Below are positions 30,704 to 41,121 of a DNA stretch of 64,000 nucleotides, in pieces (positions within the stretch are counted from its first letter, which is position 1; every line of letters starts with the position of its first letter). Origin of the DNA: Candidatus Latescibacterota bacterium (lineage in GTDB: Bacteria; Latescibacterota; CBDEFO01); the NCBI GenBank assembly GCA_965248755.1, contig OZ252149.1:480001-544000 (forward strand), read 5' to 3'. The position numbers and the translations under genes are program-made. The notes below the pieces were generated by a model that saw nothing but the letters and a program-made list of their open reading frames with translations, was not told the origin of the DNA and did no database searches.

Positions 30704-30963
30704 TGAGAGTGGATGTAAGGCTTTTCTCTTACTTTAGGGACTATCTTCCACAGGGAAGTAATGGGGGAAAAGCAAGGTTAGATCTGCCCGATAACTCAGA
30801 TGTAAGGGGTATCTTCAAAAAACTGAGCTTGCCCGTTCCACTGATAGATAACGATACAAATCTCCCGTTTATCATACTCATAAACGGTCAAAAGTCTTCT
30901 TTGGATCACACGCTCGAAGAGGGGGACGCGGTGAGTTTGTACCCCCCGATAGCAGGGGGCTAG
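30703..30963 (+). CDS. MoaD/ThiS-family sulfur carrier protein
   Basis: MRVDVRLF..ILING..LEEGDAVSLYPPIAGG with C-terminal GG; TAATG overlap with the upstream stop. Confidence 0.88.
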   Translation: MRVDVRLFSYFRDYLPQGSNGGKARLDLPDNSDVRGIFKKLSLPVPLIDNDTNLPFIILINGQKSSLDHTLEEGDAVSLYPPIAGG

Positions 30964-30996
30964 AAGTGGCTCTTAGCACTAAATTTCCCTCTCTTC

Positions 30997-31165
30997 TGGT
31001 CTTGGATTTAGGCTGGAGATCAGGAAAGGGCAAGAATCTCTTGCCGCTAGAGTTGTCTTCTAAAAAGGGAGCGGATCAGCTCCTATGAATGGCAACGCGG
31101 GTTGCGTCAGGCGAACCGATGGCTCAGGGACCAACATTAGCTCTTCCCAATTTCCCCACATGCTA
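30997..31165. ncRNA. Structured non-coding element of unknown family
   Basis: Hairpins GGCAAGA/TCTTGCC, GGAGC/GCTCC, GCAAC/GTTGC inside an outer TGGTC/GACCA stem; between convergent genes. Confidence 0.35.
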
Positions 31166-31180
31166 CAACAGCAGATTCAT

Positions 31181-32527
31181 CTAAACCCGTACAAGTTTCG
31201 CTACTACTTCAATGTGCGGTGTGTGGGGAAACATATCCACAGGCTGAACTATTTCAACTTTATAACCTGAAAAACTGAGTATCCTCAAGTCGGTAGCTAG
31301 GGATTCTGGGTTGCATGAAACACAGACGATCTTGGCGGGAGACAGTCTCGAAAGTTCCCTGCACGCCTTCTTATGCATCCCTTCTCTGGGAGGGTTAACT
31401 ACTGCCACATCGAAGAACTCTCCCGTCTGCAAGAATCGGGGCAGAATCTCCTTAACGTCGCCATATATGAACTCGCAATTAGAGATTTCGTTCAGCGTTG
31501 CATTCTGACTTGCATCCTCAACAGCACTTTCTACAAGTTCCACTCCGACCACACTCTTTGCCTTCCTCGAAAGGAATAGGGAGATAGCCCCAGTCCCGCA
31601 ATAGAGGTCCAATACATCCTCGTCCCCCTTCAAATCGGCGAATTCCAGAACGATATCGTATAACTCTTCAGACTGAAACGAGTTGGTCTGGAAGAAAGAG
31701 TTCGCCGAAATCTGGAACGATAGTCCCCCGATATTTTCAACGATATAACCTCGTCCGTCCAAGATCTCCTCCCTCAATCCCACAGCGATCTGCGACTTCT
31801 CAGGATTGACGTTCCAAAGCAGGCTCTTTACGTCGTGTCGCTTTGTAATGTAACGCGCCCAATCTTCCTTATCCTTGAACTCCTCATCAGACGTTACGAG
31901 ATTTACCATCACCTCGCCTGACCCCTTCCCCTCCCTTATAGTCACAAATCTTAGAAGGCCTTCGTGGCTCTTAAGGTCATATATGGAAAGTTTCTTGCTT
32001 TCGACAAAATTTCTTATGTCTTCGACTATAGAGTTCGATTCCTCCGACTGGAGATAGCATTTATCCAGATTAAAGACCAAGTCGTACCTTCCCTGGACGT
32101 GCAGTCCTAAAACAAGTCGGTTCTCCTTGTCTGACCCAAACGAGAATTCCATCTTATTGCGGTAGAAAAATATATTCTTGCTTCCTATAGGCTCGGCCAC
32201 ATCCAACCCATCGAAACCTGCTCTCTTCAGGGCGTTTTTCACTATCCTGCTTTTGAGCTTTAACTGCTCCTGGTATTCAATATCCTGCCACTTACATCCG
32301 CCGCATTGATGGAAATGTCCGCATCTGGGTTCTATACGGGGGATGCCCTCCTTCAATATAGTTACAGTCTCAGCCTCTACAAAGCCCTTTCTTCTCCTTT
32401 TGATTTTAGCTCTTACCACGTCCCCCGGCAGAGCCCCTTTCACCCTGAAGATCTGCGAATCTATAATTCCTATTCCATCACCCTTTGTAGATATATCCTC
32501 GATTGTTAGTTCTACCAATCTTTCCAT
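31181..32527 (-). CDS. rlmD: 23S rRNA (uracil-C5)-methyltransferase RlmD/RumA
   Basis: TRAM domain, C..F.QCGGC.WQ Fe-S motif, YRNK, SFFQTN, DLYCGTG, VSCNP, DMFPHTPHIE. Confidence 0.93.
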   Translation of the reverse strand: MERLVELTIEDISTKGDGIGIIDSQIFRVKGALPGDVVRAKIKRRRKGFVEAETVTILKEGIPRIEPRCGHFHQCGGCKWQDIEYQEQLKLKSRIVKNALKRAGFDGLDVAEPIGSKNIFFYRNKMEFSFGSDKENRLVLGLHVQGRYDLVFNLDKCYLQSEESNSIVEDIRNFVESKKLSIYDLKSHEGLLRFVTIREGKGSGEVMVNLVTSDEEFKDKEDWARYITKRHDVKSLLWNVNPEKSQIAVGLREEILDGRGYIVENIGGLSFQISANSFFQTNSFQSEELYDIVLEFADLKGDEDVLDLYCGTGAISLFLSRKAKSVVGVELVESAVEDASQNATLNEISNCEFIYGDVKEILPRFLQTGEFFDVAVVNPPREGMHKKACRELSRLSPAKIVCVSCNPESLATDLRILSFSGYKVEIVQPVDMFPHTPHIEVVAKLVRV

Positions 32528-32541
32528 ATGGCATCAAATGT

Positions 32542-32578
32542 AGAAGGGCAACTCGAACGATGTCCGCTTTGCCCTTCT
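32542..32578. terminator. Hairpin downstream of rplQ, possible terminator
   Basis: AGAAGGGCAA / TTGCCCTTCT perfect 10-bp stem. Confidence 0.45.
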
Positions 32579-32633
32579 TTGCTAAGTTTAGAGGTTTTTT
32601 GCCCTTAGGATATTTTCTCCTTGAAGAACTGAG

Positions 32634-33320
32634 CTAATCTTTGTCAGAAGAATTATCGGAATCGTCTAGGGTAGTGGACCTTTCACTCCCAGCAGATTCT
32701 CTTCCGCTCGAAACGGATGCTCTATTTTGCTTTTTCTTCTCCTCGGCTTCAACTGGAGCTTTTTCCTTGCTTTCATCTACTTTCTCTATTTCATCGGTTT
32801 CCTGTTCTTTGGTTTCCTCTGGGACAGAGGCCACTTTACTCTCCTTTTCTTCCCCCTCTACCGCCTCGACATCCCCTTTTTCCGTCTCCTTTTTAACCTG
32901 TTTGACTGTTTCAACTTCCTCCACTGCTTTGGTTTTCTGGACTGCCTCCTCTCCATCTCCCACCTTGCTCTCTACGAACTCTATTATTGAGAGCTTTGCC
33001 CCATCCCCCTTGCGCTGACCTAATTTGACAATCCTGAGATACCCTCCGTTTCGATCGTCAAATCTTGTGGCTATGTCATCGAACAGTTTTGCCACCAAAG
33101 ATTTGTCCTTGATGACCTTTAGAACTTGTCTTCTGGCGTGCAGATCACCTCTTTTTGCCAAGGTTATCAATCGCTCCACAACCGGCCTTAGTTCCTTTGC
33201 TTTGGCGTCCGTAGTCCTTATTGACTCTTTGTTCACCAAAGACGTGGCCGTATTTGATAACATAGCCTTCTTATGACTGGCGGTCCTATTCAGTCTATTT
33301 CCTTTATTGCGATGTCTCAT
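32634..33320 (-). CDS. rplQ: 50S ribosomal protein L17 with long acidic C-terminal extension
   Basis: [28 protein letters not shown]. Confidence 0.97.
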   Translation of the reverse strand: MRHRNKGNRLNRTASHKKAMLSNTATSLVNKESIRTTDAKAKELRPVVERLITLAKRGDLHARRQVLKVIKDKSLVAKLFDDIATRFDDRNGGYLRIVKLGQRKGDGAKLSIIEFVESKVGDGEEAVQKTKAVEEVETVKQVKKETEKGDVEAVEGEEKESKVASVPEETKEQETDEIEKVDESKEKAPVEAEEKKKQNRASVSSGRESAGSERSTTLDDSDNSSDKD

Positions 33321-33348
33321 CTATAGTTTACCAAGTCTGTATATCGTG

Positions 33349-34341
33349 TTAATCTGCCTTGTCTGTTGACTCCAGTTGGTACTTGGACACATCCATGCCG
33401 AGGCTCAGACTCAACTCGTCCAGAGTGGAGGCCAGCTCGTTGAGAGATTTCCTGCCGAAGTTCCTGTATTTGAGCATGTCCTGTTCTGACTTGTGGACCA
33501 GATCCCCTAAAGTCTCTATCCCCGCAGCTCTCAGACAGTTAGCCGACCGAACCGAAAGTTCCAGTTCATCTACAGACATCCGCAAAAGATTCCGTATCTT
33601 TTCATCCTCTTCGTCTATTTCTTCCTCTTCTATCTCCTCCGGTTCCTCCTCAAAATTGATGAACAGTTCCAGATGATCTTTCAATATCTTGGCCGCGAAC
33701 GCTAAAGCGTCGTCCGGCTGCATGGTTCCATTCGTCCAGATCTCCAAGATCAGCTTATCGTAATCTGTCCTTTGGCCTACCCTTGCATTTTCCACATGGT
33801 AGTTGACCTTCTGTATCGGGGAGAAGAGAGAGTCCACGGTTATAGTTCCTACGGGATCATCTTCAATTTTGTTCTCCTCTGCAAAGACGTACCCTCTACC
33901 GCTTCCTATCACGATCTCCGCCTCGAAGTAAGCGTCCTTCCCCAACGTTGCTATATGAAGGTCGGGATTTAATATCTCTACTTCGGGATCTACCTGAAGA
34001 TCTACGGCTTTAAGATCGGCCGGACCGCCCTTTTCGACTATTATCGCCTTATCCTCGTCTGAGTGTAGCTTAACGTTTACCTGTTTCAGGTTCAATATGA
34101 TCTCAGGTACATCTTCAACGATGTTCTGCATAACGGAGAATTCGTGTTGAACACTATCTAATCTCACGGACTTGATTGCGGCTCCCTGGATCGATGAAAG
34201 AAGAGTGCGCCTAAGGGCGTTTCCCAGAGTAATTCCGAATCCTCTTTCGAGCGGCTGAACCACGAACTTGCCGTAATTATTGGAAAAATCGGACTCATCA
34301 AACTCAACTGCCTTGGGCATCTGAATACTTTTCAATTTCAT
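33349..34341 (-). CDS. rpoA: RNA polymerase alpha subunit
   Basis: PLERGFGITLGNALRR, LELSVRSANCL, NFGRKSL. Confidence 0.98.
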   Translation of the reverse strand: MKLKSIQMPKAVEFDESDFSNNYGKFVVQPLERGFGITLGNALRRTLLSSIQGAAIKSVRLDSVQHEFSVMQNIVEDVPEIILNLKQVNVKLHSDEDKAIIVEKGGPADLKAVDLQVDPEVEILNPDLHIATLGKDAYFEAEIVIGSGRGYVFAEENKIEDDPVGTITVDSLFSPIQKVNYHVENARVGQRTDYDKLILEIWTNGTMQPDDALAFAAKILKDHLELFINFEEEPEEIEEEEIDEEDEKIRNLLRMSVDELELSVRSANCLRAAGIETLGDLVHKSEQDMLKYRNFGRKSLNELASTLDELSLSLGMDVSKYQLESTDKAD

Positions 34342-34507
34342 ACGGATCTATCTCCCGGAAATTCAGTACCTCTATCTAGCATCGATCTTTGTGCAAAAAC
34401 GCTGTATCCACTCAAGCTTTGTAGTTTGGTTCTGCAGCTTTTCGCGCCTCCGTGGTCGATGTGGTAAGATTCTGTTACATCTATGATATTAACCCGATCA
34501 AAGATCG

Positions 34508-35137
34508 CTACCTTGAATAGAACTCCACAATCAGCTGTTCTTCGGCCGGAGTTGGGATGTCCTCCCTGGTGGGTATCGCAAGCAAAGTGCCTGTCAGATT
34601 CGCCTTATCTACAGAAAACCATGAAAGTTCCTGTTCCGGAACCATCCTACTCAAAGAGGCATGGATCATATCCATCTGTCTGCTTTTCTGTTGTACCTTG
34701 ATCGTATCCTCTACACAGACCAGATAAGATGGAATGTCAACCAACTTGTCGTTTACCAGAATATGCCTGTGTCTCACTAATTGCCTAGCAGCCTTCCGGG
34801 AAGGCGCGAATCCAACTCTATAGACGATGTTATCCAGACGTCTCTCAAGCAGTCTCAACAGATTCTCTCCCGACTCTCCCTTCTGTCTGGACGCCTTTTG
34901 GAAATACTTCTTGAATTGCTTCTCCAATATCCCGTAGGTTCTTTTGACCTTCTGCTTTTCCCTCAGTCTGATTCCGTATTCGGAAAGTTTTCTCCCGTGA
35001 CGTTGACCATGCTGGCCCGGACTGTAGGCTCTCTTTTGGATAGCGCACTTGTCCGAGAAACATCGCTCTCCCTTCAAGAAGAGCTTGGTTCCCTCACGTC
35101 TGCACAACCTGCAGTTGGCATCAGTGTATCTTGCCAT
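34508..35137 (-). CDS. rpsD: 30S ribosomal protein S4 (zinc-binding type)
   Basis: [29 protein letters not shown]. Confidence 0.98.
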   Translation of the reverse strand: MARYTDANCRLCRREGTKLFLKGERCFSDKCAIQKRAYSPGQHGQRHGRKLSEYGIRLREKQKVKRTYGILEKQFKKYFQKASRQKGESGENLLRLLERRLDNIVYRVGFAPSRKAARQLVRHRHILVNDKLVDIPSYLVCVEDTIKVQQKSRQMDMIHASLSRMVPEQELSWFSVDKANLTGTLLAIPTREDIPTPAEEQLIVEFYSR

Positions 35138-35155
35138 TTAAGATCCCCTAATTAA

Positions 35156-35290
35156 GTAGACAGCATACAGGAACTACCCCGCCCTGACTACCTACTGCGC
35201 GAATACACGGGTTCGCCCCTACTGTCTTTTGGTGGGCGGGTGAATGTGCCCCCTGTCTACTGTCTACTGTCTACTGTTTGCTGTCTACTC
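35156..35290. repeat. Mosaic: GTAGACAG arm, REP half, family C unit and tandem CTGTCTA heptamers
   Basis: GTAGACAGCATACAG..GGTTCGCCCCTAC..GGTGGGCGGG..CCCTGTCTACTGTCTACTGTCTACTG. Confidence 0.75.
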
Positions 35291-35293
35291 ATT

Positions 35294-35680
35294 CTACACC
35301 CTCCGTCTTTTGGGGGGACGACATCCGTTATGAGGAATAGGTGTTACGTCCCTTATTGCTGTGATTTCAAGGCCGGCGGTCTGAAGCGCTCTAACTGCCG
35401 ATTCTCTGCCTACACCTGGACCCTTCACCCAGACCTCTACTCTCCTTAAGCCTAAGGCCATAGCTTCCTTAGCAGAAGCATCCGCTGCCAGTGAAGCTGC
35501 GTAAGGTGTGCTCTTCCTTGAGCCCTTAAAGCCCACCTTACCGGTGGATGCCCACGCTATCACATGGCCGTCCCGGTCTGTTAGAGTGACTATGGTATTG
35601 TTAAAGGTCGCCTTTATGTGAGCGATCCCATCGGCATCCACCTTCTTGGCTTTCTTTGATCTCCTCTCAGGCGGTGACAA
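35294..35680 (-). CDS. rpsK: 30S ribosomal protein S11
   Basis: [38 protein letters not shown]. Confidence 0.98.
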   Translation of the reverse strand: MSPPERRSKKAKKVDADGIAHIKATFNNTIVTLTDRDGHVIAWASTGKVGFKGSRKSTPYAASLAADASAKEAMALGLRRVEVWVKGPGVGRESAVRALQTAGLEITAIRDVTPIPHNGCRPPKRRRV

Positions 35681-35692
35681 ATCGCATTCTCC

Positions 35693-36061
35693 TCATCTTT
35701 TCCCCTTTATAATCGGGCGTCTTGGACCCTTGCGCGTCCTGGCATTTGTATGTGTCCTTTGACCTCTGGCCGGCAATCCCCTGCGGTGCCGCAAACCCCG
35801 ATAGGTACCGATGTCCATAAGCCTCTTTACATCCATGTCCACATCGGCCCGCAGGCTCCCTTCGACCTTATAATTGGACTCAATAGCCGTCCTGAGCTTA
35901 TTAATCTCCTCCTCCGTAAGGTTTACGATTCGGGTATCTGGATTTAGACCTGCCTGGCCTAAAATCTTATTGGAACTGGATCTGCCTATACCGTATATAT
36001 AGGTCAAAGCTATCTCCACCCTCTTATCCCTGGGCAAATCAACACCCGCGATCCTTGCCAA
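35693..36061 (-). CDS. rpsM: 30S ribosomal protein S13
   Basis: [33 protein letters not shown]. Confidence 0.98.
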   Translation of the reverse strand: MARIAGVDLPRDKRVEIALTYIYGIGRSSSNKILGQAGLNPDTRIVNLTEEEINKLRTAIESNYKVEGSLRADVDMDVKRLMDIGTYRGLRHRRGLPARGQRTHTNARTRKGPRRPIIKGKR

Positions 36062-36217
36062 GATGAATCCCCTCCTTAAAGTTGAAGTTCAACCTGCTTA
36101 ACAACCCGCTGCAAAGTTGCCAATCGCTCTATAACCTGGCGGGCTATTCAGTTTCCGCAAAAGCGTCTCTACGCCTACGCTTCGACAGGTTCAATGTGGT
36201 GTTTAAACAACACTCAC

Positions 36218-36367
36218 TTACTTCTTTCTCTGCGCAGAGCTGAATGACCCTGGGCCCTGTCTCTGCTTATGCCTTGGATTGGCGCTGCATATAACCCTTA
36301 AGACACCTTTCCTTTTTATTATTTTGCAGGAGGTACATCTCCTCCTTATAGACGCCTTAACCTTCAT
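36218..36367 (-). CDS. rpmJ: 50S ribosomal protein L36 (zinc ribbon) with 11-aa C-terminal extension
   Basis: Manual translation [49 protein letters not shown]. Confidence 0.95.
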   Translation of the reverse strand: MKVKASIRRRCTSCKIIKRKGVLRVICSANPRHKQRQGPGSFSSAQRKK

Positions 36368-36529
36368 AGATTTTTATCTTTCCTATAGGACCCCAAAGAG
36401 GCAGCATACGCGCTGCGTGAATTCCTCCATTCGTCCTTGCAAGGAGCACGAAGTACCAGCAACATTGTCAACAGCCCACGAAATGGAGAAGTGGTCGGAG
36501 AACTTTTTCGGGAAAACTTGTCATAGACG

Positions 36530-36748
36530 TCACTTGTAGCGATACACAATCCTGCCTCTCTCCAGGTCGTAAGGAGACAGTTCTACAGTCACCTTGTCCC
36601 CTGGAAGGACACGGATAAACCTTATTTTCATCTTCCCGGATGTGTATGCCAGGACGGTGTGTCCATTTTCTAACTCCACCTTGAACATATCGTTTGGGAG
36701 CGCCTCCATAGCTGTTCCTTCAACCTTGATTGCCTCTTCCTTTGGCAT
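36530..36748 (-). CDS. infA: Translation initiation factor IF-1
   Basis: [36 protein letters not shown]. Confidence 0.97.
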   Translation of the reverse strand: MPKEEAIKVEGTAMEALPNDMFKVELENGHTVLAYTSGKMKIRFIRVLPGDKVTVELSPYDLERGRIVYRYK

Positions 36749-36762
36749 CAAAAACGCCTCCG

Positions 36763-37404
36763 TTATCGAACAGAAAGACTCTTTAAGATCCTATCGTGAA
36801 CCTGTTCTACAGTGCCTTCACCATCAATGTCCAGAAGATTTCCCCTGTCTCTGTAGAACACATTTAAAGGCTCGGTTTTCTCGTGATATACCTTCAGTCT
36901 GGTTACCACTGCTTCTTTTGTGTCATCCGTTCTGGACGTCACCTTTCCCCCGCATAGATCGCATACATCTGCAGATTTAGGATCTTTGAAGGTGTATTCT
37001 TGGCGGCAGACCTCGCACTGCCTGCGACAGGCAAGTCTCTCTACCAGTATGTCCTCAGCGACAGAGATATTGAGAACTAACTCTATTTTCGACCCCAAAT
37101 CATTTAAGATACGCTCCAGGCCCTGGGCTTGATTGATGGTTCTGGGGAAGCCATCTAACACAAATCCATCCTTACAGTCAGCGTTCAGGAGCCTTTCTCT
37201 TACAATATCTAGCATAACATCGTCGGGGACCAGTTCCCCTTTATCTGCGTAAAAACGTGCTTTAAGACCCAATATTGTCCCTATTCTGGCAGCTTCCCTT
37301 AGAATATCTCCTGTGGATATCTGGGGTATACCCAGAACCTTGCACACTTTCTTAGCCTGAGTTCCCTTTCCGGAGCCAGGCGGTCCCAACAGAACAAGAA
37401 TCAA
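36763..37404 (-). CDS. adk: Adenylate kinase (zinc-LID type)
   Basis: [33 protein letters not shown]. Confidence 0.97.
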   Translation of the reverse strand: MILVLLGPPGSGKGTQAKKVCKVLGIPQISTGDILREAARIGTILGLKARFYADKGELVPDDVMLDIVRERLLNADCKDGFVLDGFPRTINQAQGLERILNDLGSKIELVLNISVAEDILVERLACRRQCEVCRQEYTFKDPKSADVCDLCGGKVTSRTDDTKEAVVTRLKVYHEKTEPLNVFYRDRGNLLDIDGEGTVEQVHDRILKSLSVR

Positions 37405-37407
37405 ACC

Positions 37408-38715
37408 CTATCTCCTGCCCTTCAGTCTGCCCTTTTTCATAAAGCCGTCGTAGTGGCGCATAAGCAGATGAGATTCCACCTGCTGAAGGGTGTCCAGCGC
37501 CACTCCCACTATGATCAAAAGACCCGTACCGCCGAAAAACTGTGCAAATTTTTGGGCGACATTCATAGACTTTGTTACAAAGAATGGGAAAATGGCTATA
37601 GCGGCTAAAAAGAGCGCCCCTGGTAGCGTAATCCTCGTTAAAATTTGGTCTATGTACTCGGCTGTCCTCTTGCCGGGTCTTATGCCCGGAATAAAACCGC
37701 TCCGGCTTTTCAGGTTGTCCGCCGTATCCACAGGATTAAAAACGATAGCGGCGTAAAAATAGGTGAAAAAGACTATCATCAGTCCGTAGACGAACCAGTA
37801 GAAGGGCGAATCAGTCTCAAAAAAGGTCATCAGCCAGCTTATAAATTCGTTTCCCTGGAAGAAGGTTCCGACAGTAGAAGGCAAGAACATAATAGCCTGG
37901 GCAAAGATTATGGGTATTACCCCGGCTACATTTATCTTCATAGGAAGATGCGTGCTCTGTCCGCCATATATTCTTCTCCCCACGATCTTCTTGGCGAACT
38001 GGATCGGGATTCTCCTTTGACCCTGGGTCAGCAGCACCACCATAGCAACTACGCCTACCAACAAAGCGCAAAGAAGTAGCTCAGGGATAATGCCCTTATC
38101 GTTTATTCGGAAATAGTTGAATTCCTCCTTCAGCGCATAGGGAAAATCTGCCACGATACCTATGAATATGATCAGAGATATGCCGTTTCCTATGCCTCTT
38201 TCTGTGATCTGCTCTCCCAACCACATGATAAGTACGGTCCCTGCCGTGATAGTCAACATCGTCAAAAGCGTAAACACGGGACCCGAATGCGGTACTACCC
38301 GTCCTTCTCCAATATTCTGCCAGTAGACAGCCAGTCCCAGAGACTGTGCCGCCGCCAACAACACTGTGCCATATCTGCTGTACTGATTTATCTTATTTTG
38401 TCCCTCTCTTCCCTCCTTTTGAAGCCTCTGGAAATAGGGCATCACGGATCCCAAAAGTTGCAATATAATCTGAGCGCTGATATAGGGCATTATCCCAAGG
38501 GCAAATATAGTCGCCTTGGAGAAATTTCCCCCTGCGAACATGTCGTAAAGCCCGAATATCCCCGACGTTGGCGCAAACTCCAAAAGAGCACCAGAATCGA
38601 TCCCCGGAATTATCACTAATCCCCCGGACCTATATATTACCAGTATAGATAGGGTAAACAGGATCCTCTTTCTCAACTCTGGGATTTTGAAGCTATTTTG
38701 AAAGCTCTTCAGCAA
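37408..38715 (-). CDS. secY: Preprotein translocase SecY
   Basis: IFALGIMPYI, WLGEQITERGIGNGISL, AGVIPIIFA, IPGIRPG, GGTGLLI. Confidence 0.98.
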   Translation of the reverse strand: MLKSFQNSFKIPELRKRILFTLSILVIYRSGGLVIIPGIDSGALLEFAPTSGIFGLYDMFAGGNFSKATIFALGIMPYISAQIILQLLGSVMPYFQRLQKEGREGQNKINQYSRYGTVLLAAAQSLGLAVYWQNIGEGRVVPHSGPVFTLLTMLTITAGTVLIMWLGEQITERGIGNGISLIIFIGIVADFPYALKEEFNYFRINDKGIIPELLLCALLVGVVAMVVLLTQGQRRIPIQFAKKIVGRRIYGGQSTHLPMKINVAGVIPIIFAQAIMFLPSTVGTFFQGNEFISWLMTFFETDSPFYWFVYGLMIVFFTYFYAAIVFNPVDTADNLKSRSGFIPGIRPGKRTAEYIDQILTRITLPGALFLAAIAIFPFFVTKSMNVAQKFAQFFGGTGLLIIVGVALDTLQQVESHLLMRHYDGFMKKGRLKGRR

Positions 38716-39150
38716 CTATATCACCTCAATGCTTCCGCCAGCTTGGGTTATCTTCTTCTGAGCTGACTCTGAAAAGGCATTGGCTTTGACGTTTAAGGCC
38801 TTATCTATCTTTCCGTCTCCCAGTATCTTGACGGGTTTGTTGAGACTGCGTATCAACCCTGCCATCTTCATAGTCTGGGGAGTAACGTCCCCGTCCAGGC
38901 GCGACATATCCTGCACGTTGACTATCTGAAAAACCACCTTAAATCTGTTGTTAAAGCCCCTCTTGGGCAGTCGCCTTTGAAGTGGCATCTGGCCGCCTTC
39001 AAACCAATTTCTTGATTTGGATCCAGACCGGGATTTTTGGCCTTTTTCACCTCTTCCAGCAGTTTTTCCGTGACCCGACCCTACTCCCCTTCCGACCCTT
39101 TTTCTATTCTTGACTGCACCTTTGGGTGGCTTCAGACTGTCCAATTTCAT
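38716..39150 (-). CDS. rplO: 50S ribosomal protein L15
   Basis: RVGRGVGSGHGKT, FEGGQMPL.RRLPKRGF. Confidence 0.98.
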   Translation of the reverse strand: MKLDSLKPPKGAVKNRKRVGRGVGSGHGKTAGRGEKGQKSRSGSKSRNWFEGGQMPLQRRLPKRGFNNRFKVVFQIVNVQDMSRLDGDVTPQTMKMAGLIRSLNKPVKILGDGKIDKALNVKANAFSESAQKKITQAGGSIEVI

Positions 39151-39158
39151 TTTTGGCT

Positions 39159-39341
39159 TTACCCTTTGACTTCTAGGACTTCGACTAGATGGGACACCTT
39201 ACTTATCATTCCCCTTATCTGGGGAGTATCTTCTTTCAGTACCGTTCCCCTCAACTTCTTTATCCCCAGAGCCCGCATCGTTCGCTTTTGGGTCTGATTC
39301 CTTCCGATTGTGCTTCTTTTCTGTGTTATTCTTAATTTCAA
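39159..39341 (-). CDS. rpmD: 50S ribosomal protein L30
   Basis: [22 protein letters not shown]. Confidence 0.95.
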   Translation of the reverse strand: MKLRITQKRSTIGRNQTQKRTMRALGIKKLRGTVLKEDTPQIRGMISKVSHLVEVLEVKG

Positions 39342-39353
39342 GGGCTACGTTCC

Positions 39354-39869
39354 TTATGCTCTATGATGCAATGTACTCAGGTCAATGTCGCGCTCAAGGG
39401 CAACGCTTTCCGGGTCTCTTAGCACCTTCAATGCCTCCATAGTCGCTTTGGCTGCGTTGTGCGGATTCTTCGACCCCAAAGATTTGCTCAGCACGTTTTG
39501 AATCCCTGCAGCTTCCAGGACAGCTCTTATTGATCCTCCTGCTATCACGCCCGTACCTGGGGAAGCTGGCTTCAAAAACACCTTTCCGGCTCCGAACTTC
39601 CCAACGATCCAGTGTGGAATAGTACCGTTCACCAGGGGTATGATGTACATATTCTTCTTTGCCGTCTCTGTACCTTTTCTGATCGCCTCTGAAACCTCAC
39701 CTGCTTTTCCCAATCCCAGGCCTATGTGTCCGTTCTTATCCCCTACGACAATTAAAGTGTTGAAGCAGAACCTGCGTCCCCCTTTCCTTACGTGAGCCAC
39801 CCTATGGATAGGAGGAACTACAGCCTCAACCAATTCTCCCAAATCATCTGATTTTACGCGACGCGCCAA
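39354..39869 (-). CDS. rpsE: 30S ribosomal protein S5
   Basis: [34 protein letters not shown]. Confidence 0.97.
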   Translation of the reverse strand: MARRVKSDDLGELVEAVVPPIHRVAHVRKGGRRFCFNTLIVVGDKNGHIGLGLGKAGEVSEAIRKGTETAKKNMYIIPLVNGTIPHWIVGKFGAGKVFLKPASPGTGVIAGGSIRAVLEAAGIQNVLSKSLGSKNPHNAAKATMEALKVLRDPESVALERDIDLSTLHHRA

Positions 39870-40001
39870 AACTATTCTCCTTTAGAAGAAAATGAAGTGT
39901 TGGGTCAAGATAGTATGGACAAGATTATACACGCCAGAAAGGGAGAAGGCGTCCTGCTCACTGTCTGACTAGAAAGAATATCTGTTCTAGCGTCTACCTC
40001 T

Positions 40002-40376
40002 TTAGAACTCCAAACCGCCTTCCTTTGCACCTTCTGCCAACTCCTTGACCCTGCCGTGATACAGATATCCACCCCTGTCAAACACAACTTGGGTGATGTT
40101 TTGTTCTTGGGCCTTTTCGGCCAGAAGTCTTCCTACTTCTTTACTTATTCCACATTTTCCGTTCTCTATTTTATTCATATTCCTGATCTGGGCACACAGG
40201 CTCGACACTCCCAAAATCGATCTTCCTTTTGTATCATCTATTAACTGAGCCTGGATATTCTTCAGGCTCCTGCTGACTGAGAGCCTCGGCCTTTCAGTTG
40301 TCCCGGAAACCTTCCTTCTGATGCGCTTGTGCCTCTTTAGCCTTCCTAGCATCCTTTTGATATTCTTATCCTTCAA
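40002..40376 (-). CDS. rplR: 50S ribosomal protein L18
   Basis: [28 protein letters not shown]. Confidence 0.97.
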   Translation of the reverse strand: MKDKNIKRMLGRLKRHKRIRRKVSGTTERPRLSVSRSLKNIQAQLIDDTKGRSILGVSSLCAQIRNMNKIENGKCGISKEVGRLLAEKAQEQNITQVVFDRGGYLYHGRVKELAEGAKEGGLEF

Positions 40377-40387
40377 TCCTATCTCCT

Positions 40388-40972
40388 TTATATTGCAGTC
40401 TTGCCAGCTTTCCGTCGTACGAACTCACCGTCGTACCTGATTCCCTTCCCTTTGTACGGCTCAGGTGGTCTCAAGAATCGGATATTCGCTGCCGTTTGAC
40501 CTACTACCTCTTTGTCTATACCACGGACGGTGATAATTGTGACTGTGCCCTCCACCTCACCGCCCACTATATTCAGCTGACTGGGACTTGCTGTTTGGAC
40601 CTCAAATTCGATGTCGTCAGGGGCGGGAACTGTGACCGGGTGGGAAAACCCTAATAGGAGCCTCAAGTTTTTTTCCTCTACATCGGCTCTATATCCTATT
40701 CCTATCACATGGAGTTTCCTTTCAAATCCCTGAGTGACCCCAAAGACAGCGTTTGCCACCAAGGAGCGAGTCAGTCCCTGGAGCGCCTTCCCTTCTCTAT
40801 CGTCAGAACGAGGGTAAACCTCGACTCGACCGTCCTTAAGCTTAAGCTCCACTTTGCTGTTCAACTTTACGGTCAACTCACCCTTTGGTCCCCTGACCAT
40901 AGCCCGATCTTTATCTACGTTTAAACTCACTCCCTGGGGAATATCGACAGGTTTTTTGCCTATCCGCGACAC
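40388..40972 (-). CDS. rplF: 50S ribosomal protein L6 (true start GTG 40972; internal insertion)
   Basis: [43 protein letters not shown] before GTG. Confidence 0.96.
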   Translation of the reverse strand: MSRIGKKPVDIPQGVSLNVDKDRAMVRGPKGELTVKLNSKVELKLKDGRVEVYPRSDDREGKALQGLTRSLVANAVFGVTQGFERKLHVIGIGYRADVEEKNLRLLLGFSHPVTVPAPDDIEFEVQTASPSQLNIVGGEVEGTVTIITVRGIDKEVVGQTAANIRFLRPPEPYKGKGIRYDGEFVRRKAGKTAI

Positions 40973-40988
40973 TGAAATATCCTTTCTC

Positions 40989-41112
40989 GGGGTCCCCCAA
41001 AAGTCGGCGTGGGCACTGCGTGCATTTCTACTACCCCTTTCCGTGTGTAGTGACGAGTACGCGATGACAAAGCGCGGAGCGCACGAAGTAAGCGAAGAAC
41101 TTTCTGGGGGGA
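40989..41112. repeat. MITE/REP-like insert between rpsH and rplF
   Basis: Inverted ends CCCCCAAAAGT / ACTTTCTGGGGG with internal GAGCGCACGAAGTAAGCGAAG. Confidence 0.55.
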
Positions 41113-41121
41113 AAACTAATA

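Noticed and set aside
30997..31165. Riboswitch, SRP, RNase P or tmRNA call for the structured element
   Set aside because: It lies downstream of both flanking genes and lacks their diagnostic motifs; kept only as an unclassified element.
36749..36762. Absence of map between adk and infA
   Set aside because: A common gene-order variation; map is probably elsewhere.
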